From positions 5,408,001-5,472,000 of the forward strand of contig OZ220741.1 of the NCBI GenBank assembly GCA_965116885.1: 64,000 bases of DNA, in the 5' to 3' direction. Made by a program: the position numbers and the translations under genes. Positions 28,225 through 39,002 of this stretch are shown here, piece after piece. Each line of letters begins with the position of its first letter. Within the stretch, counting starts at the first letter, position 1. The stretch comes from Candidatus Latescibacterota bacterium. Lineage in GTDB: Bacteria > Latescibacterota > UBA2968. The notes beneath the pieces are model-generated. The model made no database searches. It worked only from the letters and a program-made list of their open reading frames with translations, and was not told the DNA's origin.

Positions 28225-28862
28225 TACACTTCATCCACCGTCCGATGCGCGAAGGCATTCCACACACCGGCCAGATCGTGAACGGCCTTAAACATCGGAT
28301 AAAGCGCGTCCCACATCGCATCTCGCGCTTTGAATGCGGCTTCCCTATCGCCCTCTGCGAATGCCTTCTTAAAAGCCGCCACTTGTGCGCGCTGCGTCTC
28401 TGCTGTCTGTTCTACACGCGCGACAAAATCCTCCACAGACTGCAGATGTTCATCTGCTCTCGCATCTGCATCAACGCTCAAATCCATCTCCTGATCATAA
28501 GAAAAAGAGTTCGCAAATCGCGGCGGCTCCTTCTCCCCCTCTGCCGTCCAATACGTATGCGTAGGCAAAATATGCGGCGTCACCGACAAATACATAATCA
28601 CCTCATCATCGCCCACATTGCGCACCGTATGCGCCTCATCCGTCAGAGCAATACACATCTGTCCGGGACCCAACACCTCCTTGTGCCCTTCGATATCAAA
28701 CTCTGCCTGCCCTTGCAAAATCAGAAAAATCTCGTGCCCCAAATCGTGCGTATGGCTCTGATTGAACTGCCCCACCTCCATCTTCAAAAACCGCGAACGA
28801 ATCTGGGACGTCACCAGCATATTGGTAATATCCTTGCGATAGTCAAAAACTTGAAATGGCAT
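28224..28862 (-). CDS. cupin domain protein with C-terminal helical extension
   Basis: HTHDLGHEIFLILQG and EAHTVRN cupin motifs. Confidence 0.82.
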   Translation of the reverse strand: MPFQVFDYRKDITNMLVTSQIRSRFLKMEVGQFNQSHTHDLGHEIFLILQGQAEFDIEGHKEVLGPGQMCIALTDEAHTVRNVGDDEVIMYLSVTPHILPTHTYWTAEGEKEPPRFANSFSYDQEMDLSVDADARADEHLQSVEDFVARVEQTAETQRAQVAAFKKAFAEGDREAAFKARDAMWDALYPMFKAVHDLAGVWNAFAHRTVDEV

Positions 28863-28965
28863 GATATACTCCTTTTAACATAAACAACAAATCCCTCTGC
28901 TTCTTCATCCCCGCACGCCAATGATTCTTGCTTCAAAATCCCAAACACAGCATATTACGCCCTGC

Positions 28966-28996
28966 GCGGGCGACCACAGGGGGTCGCCCCTACAAT
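28966..28996 (-). repeat. REP palindrome (GTAG family)
   Basis: Identical 31-mer to 28194-28224. Confidence 0.85.
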
Positions 28997-29017
28997 CACA
29001 CCAACCGAAAGAAATGC

Positions 29018-30964
29018 ATGAGCCTGCCCAATCCCGCGCCACAGCCTGACCCCGCGTCACACATCACCACCCGCGCCATCATCGTTGGCCTGATCCTGAC
29101 CCTTGTCATCTGCTATTTTGCCACCGACACCACCTATCGCCTTCGCGCATCCCGCGTATCTCTGGGCCACATGCCCATGTCATTGTGGCTGCCATTTCTT
29201 CTCATCTTCCTGATCAATCCCTTGCTCAAAAAAATCCGGGAGAACTGGATGCTTCGCCCGCATGAATTGGGCCTCATCCTCTGTATGGGATTTATAGGCA
29301 GCGTTTTTCCCACCAAAAACGTCGCCGGGCGCCTGATCGCCGTCCTCGCCAGCCCCTATTACAAAGCCACGCCGGAAAACCGATGGGCGGAATTTACCCA
29401 CGAACACATCCAACCCTGGGCAGTACCCAGCAATCGCGCAGGCGACATCACCAATTTGTGGGAGGGATTGCCAGCACATCTCTCCACCCCCTATCACGTC
29501 TGGGCCGTGCCGCTCTTCTGGTGGTTCACATTTTTCTTCGCGCTATTCATCGCCTGTTTGTGCATCACCGTCATCTTACGCAAACAATGGGTCGAACACG
29601 AACGCATCACCTTTCCCCTCGCACAATTGCCCATCCTGATGATTCGGGATACAGCATCGGGACAAATTGGCTTCACAAAAAACAAATTATTCTGGACGGG
29701 ATTTGGCATCGGCTTATTCATCTTATCCTGGAATATTCTGCCCCTCTTCTGGCACAACCTCCCAATCATACCCATTGGTCCCACCTACCGCACCGCCATC
29801 TCATTTGGACACGACTTTCCCCCGCTACAAGTCAAATTCAACTTTGTCATGGCGGCCTTTGGATATCTCACCAACCTCGAAGTTCTCCTCTCCATCTGGC
29901 TATTCCACATCCTCTCACTCATTGAAATCGGCGCATTAAACCGCTTTGGCATCACAGTGGGCAGAGACTTTGGCAGCGGCCTATTGCTACAGCAAGTCGG
30001 AGGCTTCATCGCATTCGCCCTGTTTGGCCTCTTCATGGCGCGGCAACATATTGGAACCGTCATCCGCGCACTCTGGCAACCCGAGGCCCAGGACAAAACC
30101 GAACTCCTTTCTTACCGCACGGCAGTGATCGGCCTGATCATCTCACTCATCTATGCCAGTGCCTATATGTACGCGCTGGGCATTTCCTTGCTCGGCATTA
30201 CAATACAACTCGGCCTGCTCTTGATCTACTTCATCGGCCTGGCTAAAATCGTCGCAGAAACTGGCCTCGTATATGTCGAAACCCCACTGCGAACCCAGGA
30301 ACTCGCCGCTGCTGCACTCGGCACAAACGTGCAAACCCCCGACCACGTCGGCATGGCACTATCGGCCAACAGCGTGGAAAGCCACCGCGAATACATCCTC
30401 CCGTCTCTCACTCACACCGCCAAAATCCACGACGTATTTCGCTGGCCGCGCAATCGTATGGTCGCCGCCTTAATGCTCGCCTTCATCATCGGCTTTGCCG
30501 TCTCAATTATCTATACCCTCAACCTCTGTTACGGCGCAACCGGCGCCGCCAACATCCGTCACGTCTTTGTATTTGGCGGATACAGCCAGCGCATGTTTGA
30601 CCGCGTCGTCTCCTGGGCATCGGAGCCGACCTCTTTTGGCCGCGTTGAATGGCAATTCATAGCTGCGGGCGCGCTCGGCACCCTGTTTTTGAGCCTCATG
30701 CGCTTGCGCTTTGCGTGGTGGCCCCTCCATCCGGTGGGATTCACAGTGGGATATGTCTATCCCGTCAGAGTCACCGCCTTCACCGTCTTTCTCGTATGGG
30801 CATTCAAATCCATCGTATTGCGCATCGGCGGCATTCGGCTCTACCGCAATTTGCAACCCTTCTTCATCGGCCTCTTAATCGGATACACCCTCGGTGTCGG
30901 CCTCTCCACACTCGTAGATCACATCTACTTCCCCGGCAACGGCCACATGGTGCATTCGTGGTAA
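29018..30964 (+). CDS. DUF6785/DUF6784-like polytopic membrane protein (putative transporter)
   Basis: Many TM segments; ILRKQWVEHERITFPLA, SYRTA, WWPLHPVG, PFFIGL; start MSLPNP at 29018. Confidence 0.75.
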   Translation: MSLPNPAPQPDPASHITTRAIIVGLILTLVICYFATDTTYRLRASRVSLGHMPMSLWLPFLLIFLINPLLKKIRENWMLRPHELGLILCMGFIGSVFPTKNVAGRLIAVLASPYYKATPENRWAEFTHEHIQPWAVPSNRAGDITNLWEGLPAHLSTPYHVWAVPLFWWFTFFFALFIACLCITVILRKQWVEHERITFPLAQLPILMIRDTASGQIGFTKNKLFWTGFGIGLFILSWNILPLFWHNLPIIPIGPTYRTAISFGHDFPPLQVKFNFVMAAFGYLTNLEVLLSIWLFHILSLIEIGALNRFGITVGRDFGSGLLLQQVGGFIAFALFGLFMARQHIGTVIRALWQPEAQDKTELLSYRTAVIGLIISLIYASAYMYALGISLLGITIQLGLLLIYFIGLAKIVAETGLVYVETPLRTQELAAAALGTNVQTPDHVGMALSANSVESHREYILPSLTHTAKIHDVFRWPRNRMVAALMLAFIIGFAVSIIYTLNLCYGATGAANIRHVFVFGGYSQRMFDRVVSWASEPTSFGRVEWQFIAAGALGTLFLSLMRLRFAWWPLHPVGFTVGYVYPVRVTAFTVFLVWAFKSIVLRIGGIRLYRNLQPFFIGLLIGYTLGVGLSTLVDHIYFPGNGHMVHSW

Positions 30965-30967
30965 GTA

Positions 30968-31002
30968 AAAAAGGGGTGCCATCGCGCGATGACAACCCCT
31001 TT
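30968..31002. terminator. terminator-like hairpin between convergent genes
   Basis: AAAGGGGT...AACCCCTTT. Confidence 0.6.
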
Positions 31003-31006
31003 CAAT

Positions 31007-32515
31007 TCAAGATGGTTCTCGAAATGCCTGTTCCCGGATGGTATTTACATACGGATGCCCCGTCTCCTCCATCCAGCTCAAAATGCGGTCTCGCATCGAT
31101 GCGGCGCGCACGCGGTCTCGATACGCCAGATTGTGTTCCTCATGGGGATCATCCGCCAGATTGTAAAGCTCGTCCAAATCGCGCACGTCACCACCTAACG
31201 GCTTCCAATTCAGCACAAACTTCCACGCTCCCTGCCTGAGCATCACACCGCGGTTCATCAAATCCGTAAAAATCTCTTCCCGCGCGACATTGTGCTCACC
31301 CTTCAAAACACCGCCTATACTCTCGCCATCCACCCCATCGGGAATATCCATACCCGCCAGATCCAGCAGCGTGGGCATCACATCAACACTGCTATTCAAA
31401 GAAGTATTCACAGACCCCGCTTCAATTCGCCCGGGCCACCGCACCAAACACGGCACCTTCATCAACGTATCATACCCACAATACGTCAACTTATACACCA
31501 TCCCAAACTGCCCCACCATATCGCCGTGATCCGACACAAACATCACAATCGTATTCTCTGCCTGACCATTGGCATCCAGCGCGTTGAGCACCTGCTCAAT
31601 TTGTGCGTCGATATAACTCACATACCCCCAATAACGCCGAACATAATCCCGCACCTCATCTCTCGACCAGACATCGCGCACATAAGTACGGGCATTATCC
31701 CATTGAAAACGCGGCTTATCCTCCAATGGCGCATCGTAATTATCGGGCAGGGGCACATCGTCCAAATCGTACATCGAATCCCAGGGTTCAGGCGGACAGA
31801 CGGGCAAATGCGGTCCGTAAAAAGACAACACCGCACAAAATGGATTGTCCCGATTAGCATTGAGAAACGACACCATCTCATCGGCAAAAAAGTGCGCCAT
31901 GTGGTGATCTTCCCCCAACAAACTCACACTGTGCTCCCGGTCTGGCGCACTCGGTGCTGCCTGATGATTGCCCACGCGAGGCGCATTTTTAACCTCATCG
32001 GGCAAATCTGTCGTCTGCAAATACGCTTTGAAATGCTTCCATCCCCCAATCCAGTGATCAAATCCACTGCGGGGGGCATCCTCGCCCGTACCGCCCTCCA
32101 CCTGTACAAACTCAAAATCGCGCGCACTATCTACCCGCTTTTGTACCCAGCAATCGTCAAACGGACCGCGCCCTGTAAGCCCGCGGTACATATTTCCCCC
32201 CAAATGCCACTTCCCAATCCACGCGGTTTGATAGCCCGCATCGCGAAATGTATTGCCTATAGACGGCAACGCGTCATCCAGTTCCACATTATTGGCCACC
32301 ACCCCGTGGTTGTGCGTATAGCGCCCGGTCAAATACGTCGCCCGAGACGGCGTACACGGAAACGCCGCGATATAAAAATTGTCAAACCGCATGCCCTCGC
32401 GTGCCAGGCGGTCTTGCGCAGGTGTCTCAACAACCGAATTGCCATAACAACCGATAGTCGATACCGGTTGCTGATCCGTCATAATCAAAAGCACATTTGG
32501 ACGATCACCGGACAT
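31007..32515 (-). CDS. sulfatase
   Basis: RPNVLLIMTDQQ, CTPSRA, GKWHLG, SDHGDM. Confidence 0.9.
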   Translation of the reverse strand: MSGDRPNVLLIMTDQQPVSTIGCYGNSVVETPAQDRLAREGMRFDNFYIAAFPCTPSRATYLTGRYTHNHGVVANNVELDDALPSIGNTFRDAGYQTAWIGKWHLGGNMYRGLTGRGPFDDCWVQKRVDSARDFEFVQVEGGTGEDAPRSGFDHWIGGWKHFKAYLQTTDLPDEVKNAPRVGNHQAAPSAPDREHSVSLLGEDHHMAHFFADEMVSFLNANRDNPFCAVLSFYGPHLPVCPPEPWDSMYDLDDVPLPDNYDAPLEDKPRFQWDNARTYVRDVWSRDEVRDYVRRYWGYVSYIDAQIEQVLNALDANGQAENTIVMFVSDHGDMVGQFGMVYKLTYCGYDTLMKVPCLVRWPGRIEAGSVNTSLNSSVDVMPTLLDLAGMDIPDGVDGESIGGVLKGEHNVAREEIFTDLMNRGVMLRQGAWKFVLNWKPLGGDVRDLDELYNLADDPHEEHNLAYRDRVRAASMRDRILSWMEETGHPYVNTIREQAFREPS

Positions 32516-32530
32516 TTTAATCCCCTCCCT

Positions 32531-33601
32531 CTACACCAAAAACTTCAGGCAAACGGGCATGGGCACTTCCGCGACATGCCGTGTCTCTGCCAATTTCCCG
32601 GTCTCGTGGTCGATGGCAAAAGAAACAATCGTATCGCTACTTTGATTCTCTGCCAGCAAGTAATTGCCATCGGGCGAAAGCGCGATATTGCGAGGCGTTT
32701 CTCCACCAGTGGAATGAATATCGACCGGCGTCAAGTGACCGCTGGACTCGTCAACCGCAAAAATGGCGACACTATCGTGCCCGCGATTTGACCCATACAC
32801 AAACTTGCCATCGGATGAAACGTGAACATCCGCCGTATGGCTCGTATCTGAAAAATCCCCGGGCAACGTGGCGATAGATTGCAACTCGGTCAACGCGCCC
32901 GTCTCTGCATCACAGGCGTACGCATTGACAGTATTGCCTATCTCATTGATCAGATAAGCGTATTGTCCCCCGGGATGAAAAGCAAAATGGCGCGGCCCCT
33001 CACCAGGCGCCACAGAGACGGATGGCGGATCATTCGCAAGGAGTTTGCCATTTTCGAGATCAAGCTCAAAAATCAACACCTTGTCCAAACCGAGATCGGC
33101 AACATAAACGCGTTTATTATCCGGCGAAATATTCGCAGAATGGGCGTGGGGACCTTGCTGCCGTTGCGGATTGACACTGCTGCCCTCGTGCTGAATAAAA
33201 TCCGACGCCGCACCCAACGCACCGTCTTCCCCAATGGGCAAAACACAGGTGCTCCCCCCACCGTAATTTGCCACCACAGCATAGCGACCCGTCGCATCGA
33301 TATTCAAATGACAGGGACCCGTTCCTACTGTCGATTGACGGTTGATAAACGCGAGATCTGCGGCTTCTGCATCAACAGCATACGCGCTAATCGCCCCCGC
33401 GCTCTCGCCATTGTATTCACTGATCTCATTGACCGCATAGAGAAATTGTCCATTGGGATGAACGGCGAGAAATGTCGGATTCTCACTCTCGATACTATTA
33501 GCCGGAGTGAGTTCACCCGTCTCGGTATTGAATCGGTGAACGTAAATACCTTTGCTACCAGTGCGGGTATAAGTACCAATAAAAGCGATGATATTGCTCA
33601 T
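32531..33601 (-). CDS. pgl: 6-phosphogluconolactonase (beta-propeller lactonase)
   Basis: IGTYT, GPCHL, ANYGGGS, HAHS, GPRHF, SNRGHDS. Confidence 0.88.
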   Translation of the reverse strand: MSNIIAFIGTYTRTGSKGIYVHRFNTETGELTPANSIESENPTFLAVHPNGQFLYAVNEISEYNGESAGAISAYAVDAEAADLAFINRQSTVGTGPCHLNIDATGRYAVVANYGGGSTCVLPIGEDGALGAASDFIQHEGSSVNPQRQQGPHAHSANISPDNKRVYVADLGLDKVLIFELDLENGKLLANDPPSVSVAPGEGPRHFAFHPGGQYAYLINEIGNTVNAYACDAETGALTELQSIATLPGDFSDTSHTADVHVSSDGKFVYGSNRGHDSVAIFAVDESSGHLTPVDIHSTGGETPRNIALSPDGNYLLAENQSSDTIVSFAIDHETGKLAETRHVAEVPMPVCLKFLV

Positions 33602-33613
33602 AGTAAATCTCCT

Positions 33614-34708
33614 TTAACGACTCAAAATATCGACGACCATATCGCCAAAATCGCTGGTCGAAAGAACATTCTTGGGATCGGTTATTTCTGAGGCGAGTTC
33701 AGAAGTGGCATATCCTCTCTCGAGAATATCGAACATAGCGTTCCACAAAGCGTCGGACTCCTCTTTCAGACCCAGACATTTATCCAGCAAAAATGCAATA
33801 CTGCCAATCATCGAATAGGGATTGGCGATATTTTGCCCCGCGATATCGGGTGCCGACCCGTGCGCCGGTTCCACATAGCCCTTTTCTGGCCCCATACACG
33901 CCGAAGGCATCAAACCGAGAGAGCCGAGTAAGCCCCCCGCCTGATCGGTCAGAATATCGCCCTGCATATTTTCCAAAAGCATAACCCCATTGAATTGCGT
34001 GGGATCTCTGACGAGTTGAAAAGCCGCATTATCGACGATAATCGATACGCATTCGACATCGTCGTATTCTTTTGCCATCTCTTCGATAATCGCATCCCAA
34101 AGCCGGGATGTCGCCAGCACATTGGATTTGTGGACATGGGTCATCTTGACGCCGAGACGTCGGGCTTCGTCAAACGCAACCTTTCCAATAGCGCGCACCT
34201 GCTCTTCGGTATAAACACAATCGTCGCGCGCGTATTTCATACCCGTAGCAGTACCTTCTTCTTTCTCCCCAAAATAAATACCACCCACCAGTTCCCGAAT
34301 CATGAGAATATCAATACCCTCTCCAATAACGCTATCGCGCAAAGGTGAAAATGACGCGAGGGATTTGGGCAGCCTGACCGGGCGATAATTGGCATACGTA
34401 TTAAAACGCTTTCGCAAAGGCAGAATAGCACCGAGTTCCGGGCGCAACTCCTGTGGGATTTTCTTCGTCTCTTCAATGGAAAGCCCCACCGGACCTTTGA
34501 TAATCGCGTCTGCCCGATCGCACAGGGCTTTTGTCTCATCGGGAAACGGACTGCCCTCGTCAAAATACGACACCGCACCAAAAGGCGCGTATTCCAGCAC
34601 AAACTCGTGATCGAACTTCTTTTCAATCGTGCGAAGCGCTTTAATCCCTTCGTGCATAATCTCGGGACCAATGCCGTCGCCTTCAAGCACGGCGAGGGTT
34701 TTTTTCAT
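33614..34708 (-). CDS. leuB: 3-isopropylmalate dehydrogenase
   Basis: GDGIGPEI, RELVGGIYFG, KSNVL, NMQGDILTD, EPAHGSAPDIAG. Confidence 0.9.
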   Translation of the reverse strand: MKKTLAVLEGDGIGPEIMHEGIKALRTIEKKFDHEFVLEYAPFGAVSYFDEGSPFPDETKALCDRADAIIKGPVGLSIEETKKIPQELRPELGAILPLRKRFNTYANYRPVRLPKSLASFSPLRDSVIGEGIDILMIRELVGGIYFGEKEEGTATGMKYARDDCVYTEEQVRAIGKVAFDEARRLGVKMTHVHKSNVLATSRLWDAIIEEMAKEYDDVECVSIIVDNAAFQLVRDPTQFNGVMLLENMQGDILTDQAGGLLGSLGLMPSACMGPEKGYVEPAHGSAPDIAGQNIANPYSMIGSIAFLLDKCLGLKEESDALWNAMFDILERGYATSELASEITDPKNVLSTSDFGDMVVDILSR

Positions 34709-34734
34709 AGTAAACCTTTCTGTTTAATGAAAAA

Positions 34735-35481
34735 TTACGAGTTAAGAGCCGGGCTAACTTCCGACGACGCCTCTCTATCTAAAATAAACGTACAATCCGA
34801 ATGTGTCTGTAAAAAACTCGCCGGACAGGATGGATGAGGAGCACCCTGAACAGCGCGAGCAATCGCTCCCGCCTTATCCGTACCCGTCGCCAGAAGAAGA
34901 ATCCGCCTCGCTTCACAAATCGTGGCAATCCCCGCAGTAAGTGCCTGTTTGGGCACATCGTCAACTCGCTCGAAAAAGCGACTATTCGCCGCAATCGTAC
35001 TCTCGGTCAAATCGACCAGACGGGTGCGAGAATCGGGCGCACTGCCAGGCTCGTTAAAAGCAATATGTCCATTGCGACCAATACCGAGCAACCACAGATC
35101 CACACCACCGCACGCCCGTATCCTGGCTTCAAAAGCCTCGCACTCGAGATCGGCATCCACTGCCATGCCATTGGGCACATGCGTATTCCACAGTTGAATA
35201 TCAGTACCGTCAAAAAACGTGTGATTCATAAAATAACGATAACTCTGCGGATGCCCACCATCAAGCCCCCAGTACTCATCGAGATTAAAAGTAGTCAAAC
35301 GCGAAAAACTCAGCCCCTCCCGATTCATCCGCACGAGTTCGGCATACGTCCTCACCGGCGTTGACCCCGTTGCCAAACCGAGCACAGCATCTGGCTTCTG
35401 GCGAATAAGCGCGGCAATTACCGATGCAGCGGCGCGGGCCACATCGTCGGGCGTATCGCAAATTTTCACTTGAATAGGCAT
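34735..35481 (-). CDS. nagB: glucosamine-6-phosphate deaminase
   Basis: LGLATGSTP, FNLDEY, GIGRNGHIAFNEPGS. Confidence 0.93.
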   Translation of the reverse strand: MPIQVKICDTPDDVARAAASVIAALIRQKPDAVLGLATGSTPVRTYAELVRMNREGLSFSRLTTFNLDEYWGLDGGHPQSYRYFMNHTFFDGTDIQLWNTHVPNGMAVDADLECEAFEARIRACGGVDLWLLGIGRNGHIAFNEPGSAPDSRTRLVDLTESTIAANSRFFERVDDVPKQALTAGIATICEARRILLLATGTDKAGAIARAVQGAPHPSCPASFLQTHSDCTFILDREASSEVSPALNS

Positions 35482-35483
35482 AA

Positions 35484-37028
35484 TCAAACGCGGCGCAGCA
35501 CCTGACCGGGCAACGCACCTGTTGGTTCCCCATTGGCAATGACGGACTGTCCGTTGACAAAAACATATGAAATACCGACTGGCGGCAGCGTGGGATTTTC
35601 AAAAGTAGATCTCGCAGCCACCGTATCGGGATCAAAAACAACGAGATCAGCGGCCTTGCCCACAGCGAGTTCGCCCCGGTCGGGGATATTGAAACGCTGT
35701 GCGGGAAAACCGCTCATTTTGTAAATCGCCTCCTCAAAAGTCAGCAACTCGCGCTCGCGCACAAAATGACCCAGCACGCGCGCAAAACACCCAAAACCCC
35801 GCGGATGCGGATGCGGAATATTAAAAATGCCATCACTGGCAATCATCATACGCGGATGAGTAGCCGTGCGCGTCACGGTCTGCTCCGCTACTTCGGGATC
35901 AACCTGCCACGGAAAAATAACGGCATGGTGTTCGCGCTCCTGAAAAATCAGATCGTAGGCAAAATCTTCAAGAGATGTATTTGCCCTGGCCGCGAGATCG
36001 CACAGGCGTTCTCCCGCGTACCTGCCCGAGCCAGTATAACCAACAATCTGATCGCCGCGCCCGAGCCAGGTCTTGAGTTCGGCGACGGACTCAGCGCGAA
36101 TCCCCAGGTCTTCAAGGCGCGCATTGACCTCATCCGGGCTACCGACCTGAAACTTCATGGGCAGCATCATATACAAATGCGTCATCCCGGCCGGATAGAG
36201 ATAAGATTCAAAAGTCAGATCGATATTTTCGCGCTCAATTCTATCCAGCAAATCGGCATTCTCGTCGTTGACCCGCTCGTGCGAAATGTGAACCGGGATA
36301 TTTGCGGCGCGGGAAAGCGCAATCGTCTCTTCCCATGCGGCAACGCGCCCAATCGTGTGATAGCGCACATGAGCCGCGTAAATACCCCCGTATTCCGCCG
36401 TAACTTTGCAAAGCGCAACAAGCTCCCGAAAATCCGCATTCGCACTCGGCTGATAATCGAGACCCAGATTGAGCGCACCGGCCCCCGCCTCCATCCATTG
36501 GCGCGTGAGATCCGCCATCTGTGCAATCTCATCATCTGTTGCCGGTCGCGCATCCCACCCACATGCAGACAAGCGAACCGCGCAATGCGGAACTTGCGGA
36601 TACACATTTGCCGCGCTGTTATTGGGAAAAAGACTCAAATAATCCTCAGGCGTTTGCCAGCCAATCGGCATATCGACCTCGCCAACGGAAAAGCGCGTAT
36701 ATGTCCACAACTCGCGCGTGCGCTCGGGCGAGAGTCCCGTCCACCCAAACCCATCGGGCGTCAGAAGTTGCGTCGTAATACCCTGCTGCACCTCGGCATA
36801 GCGATGAACACCCGTGAGCAGGGCAATCTCCGAATGAACATGCACATCGATAAAACCGGGACAAACGATATGTCCCGTCGCATCGATAACCGTATCGGCC
36901 TCTGCCTGAGACAAATCGCCAATGGCCTCAATGCGATCCCCGAAAATGCCAACATCTGCCTGAAAACCGGGCGTTCGCCCTGTGCCGTCAATTACTGTGC
37001 TATTGCGAATAATGAGATCGAAAGTCAC
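35484..37028 (-). CDS. N-acyl-D-amino-acid deacylase (amidohydrolase)
   Basis: PGFIDVHVHS, HISH, SDG, HPHPRGFGCF, ADLVVFDP. Confidence 0.88.
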   Translation of the reverse strand: MTFDLIIRNSTVIDGTGRTPGFQADVGIFGDRIEAIGDLSQAEADTVIDATGHIVCPGFIDVHVHSEIALLTGVHRYAEVQQGITTQLLTPDGFGWTGLSPERTRELWTYTRFSVGEVDMPIGWQTPEDYLSLFPNNSAANVYPQVPHCAVRLSACGWDARPATDDEIAQMADLTRQWMEAGAGALNLGLDYQPSANADFRELVALCKVTAEYGGIYAAHVRYHTIGRVAAWEETIALSRAANIPVHISHERVNDENADLLDRIERENIDLTFESYLYPAGMTHLYMMLPMKFQVGSPDEVNARLEDLGIRAESVAELKTWLGRGDQIVGYTGSGRYAGERLCDLAARANTSLEDFAYDLIFQEREHHAVIFPWQVDPEVAEQTVTRTATHPRMMIASDGIFNIPHPHPRGFGCFARVLGHFVRERELLTFEEAIYKMSGFPAQRFNIPDRGELAVGKAADLVVFDPDTVAARSTFENPTLPPVGISYVFVNGQSVIANGEPTGALPGQVLRRV

Positions 37029-37031
37029 TTT

Positions 37032-38960
37032 TTACCACCTGTTGAGTTTGTGCCCATTGCCCGGAAAAAAAAGCGCATCTACAACAACACCCAATGCAAT
37101 ACCGGCAATTTGACCAGCCAGCATACCCAGAAACAAAGGCGCGATTTTGCGATAGTGTTCAAGACCGCCAAATTTGAGGATGAGCGTTTTGATCGCCCAG
37201 CTAAAAAAAATAGAAAATAAGCTACTCCGCAAGACGCCCGACGATGAAATCGTAAACCCAATCGGATGAAGCGGAAAGTGGGGAAAACGATAGCGAATAT
37301 AGAGCAAAATACCTGTAAAAGCAGCACCAATACCCAAAAAACGCACGCGATTCCAGTCCGTACTCATCGTCCCGGCGTGTACGCGGTTGGCGGTATAAGT
37401 CCACGAACCCACGGCACCGTCACCAGACCCATTAAAACTAACCACCCCAAAATTATAACTGCCAATACCGTAATAACCCTGATAGAGAGTAAAAGCAATA
37501 ACAGTAGTTGCGCCGATCAAGGCACCAGCGGCAATCGCGGGAACAAAAGCGCGGCGGCGCTCGGTGGGCACAACCGCGGCCAGACGCGGGACATGTGCAA
37601 GCGTTGTAATCGCAAATGTCTTGGCATCGCAAAAAAATGTATAAGTCAGCCCCAGTGCAACCGCACTCGGTGCCCCCATACCCGCAATACCCAGTACGTG
37701 CCAGGTAAATGCCTGAGCAGTAATAGGACCGCGCAAAAAAACCAGACCGCTTTCGGCAATAATATGCGAAAGGCCGAGATAGAGAATCAGCGTAGCACCC
37801 CAAAAGGTGAGTAAAGTAACGGCATTCATACCCGATTGCACGAGAAAAAAGATCGTGTACACACTGCACAAGAGCAAAATAATAAATGCCGTACGATAGG
37901 ACAAAAGTTCTCCCGCATCATCTATCTGCGCGTTGCGAGACCGCACCTTGTGCCAAACATCGCGCAAATGTGTGCGCGCCATCCACAGCCCCCACAGAAC
38001 GAGAATAATAAACCCTCCAAAACTCTGCCACCCAATCGCCGGTGCCATAGAACACCACATATCGGAACCGCCAAAATCCAACCCAAAACGATTGAAAATA
38101 CCAACCTGAAGAATGGCGAGCAGGTGAAAAAACCAGATGCTGTACAACACATCTGATTTCGTGAAATAGGCAAATGCAATCGTCATCGGCTGAAATAGAA
38201 ACCACAGTGGAGGAAAACCCCGACCAATGGGGATATTGATCTGCCTCATAACATCCAGACGGGGCAAAGCCGTAATGAACCATGAGGCGACATTCCAGCA
38301 AAAAACGCCAAAAATGAGTGCAAATCCAATCTGAAAAAAGCGCGAGCGAATAAGATTGGCAAACGCATCTTTCGAATCACCCGTACCCGTCAGTTCGAGA
38401 AGTGCCGTAGCAATGGGAAAAGAGAGCCGTTCGTGCTCCATCCACTGTTTGCGTAAAAGAATAACCACACAGAAATTGGCGAGAAATACAGCACCCAAAA
38501 AAAGGATCCAGCCGGGAAAAAGCGCGATCCACGCATCCCAGGGAAAAGGGGCACCGGGCGGTAGCCCTTCGTAAAACCCCGTAGCCGCAGCGCGGTCTGT
38601 CAGCACATTCCAATCGGTAAAATGTGGCCACAGCCTTTCATCCCACATATTCTGCGTTGAAGCAAAATAAATAGGCGCAGTAACAACACCGAGAAAATAA
38701 CCCGAAAGCCACTCGCCTTGCATATTGGCAGCCACCATGCCAATGCTACATATCGCGATAAGTTCAAAGGATGAGAGGCCCTTAAATCTATGCGAAAAGA
38801 CGTAATTGAAAGCGAGCAAGGCCAAAAAGGGAATGAGAAAAGCCACAGACAAATGGGCAAAATCCGCGCGAGAAGAACGCAGAATCAGGCTGCTATACGC
38901 AGGCCAAAAATTCACCCAAACAGATAGACAAAGGCCAATGATGATCGCGCGAATGGTCAT
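37032..38960 (-). CDS. DUF6785/DUF6784-like polytopic membrane protein (putative transporter)
   Basis: Paralog of 29018-30964: LLRKQWMEHERLSFPIA, SYRTA, FPLHPIG, FFPGNGH; start MTIRAI at 38960. Confidence 0.75.
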   Translation of the reverse strand: MTIRAIIIGLCLSVWVNFWPAYSSLILRSSRADFAHLSVAFLIPFLALLAFNYVFSHRFKGLSSFELIAICSIGMVAANMQGEWLSGYFLGVVTAPIYFASTQNMWDERLWPHFTDWNVLTDRAAATGFYEGLPPGAPFPWDAWIALFPGWILFLGAVFLANFCVVILLRKQWMEHERLSFPIATALLELTGTGDSKDAFANLIRSRFFQIGFALIFGVFCWNVASWFITALPRLDVMRQINIPIGRGFPPLWFLFQPMTIAFAYFTKSDVLYSIWFFHLLAILQVGIFNRFGLDFGGSDMWCSMAPAIGWQSFGGFIILVLWGLWMARTHLRDVWHKVRSRNAQIDDAGELLSYRTAFIILLLCSVYTIFFLVQSGMNAVTLLTFWGATLILYLGLSHIIAESGLVFLRGPITAQAFTWHVLGIAGMGAPSAVALGLTYTFFCDAKTFAITTLAHVPRLAAVVPTERRRAFVPAIAAGALIGATTVIAFTLYQGYYGIGSYNFGVVSFNGSGDGAVGSWTYTANRVHAGTMSTDWNRVRFLGIGAAFTGILLYIRYRFPHFPLHPIGFTISSSGVLRSSLFSIFFSWAIKTLILKFGGLEHYRKIAPLFLGMLAGQIAGIALGVVVDALFFPGNGHKLNRW

Positions 38961-39002
38961 AGGACACCGAAATATGAAAAATAAACAAAAAATCGGGCGT
39001 CC

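Noticed and set aside
31292..32791. 499-aa + strand ORF
   Set aside because: Antisense shadow of the sulfatase and pgl genes; no motifs.
35766..37220. 484-aa + strand ORF
   Set aside because: Antisense shadow of the D-aminoacylase gene.
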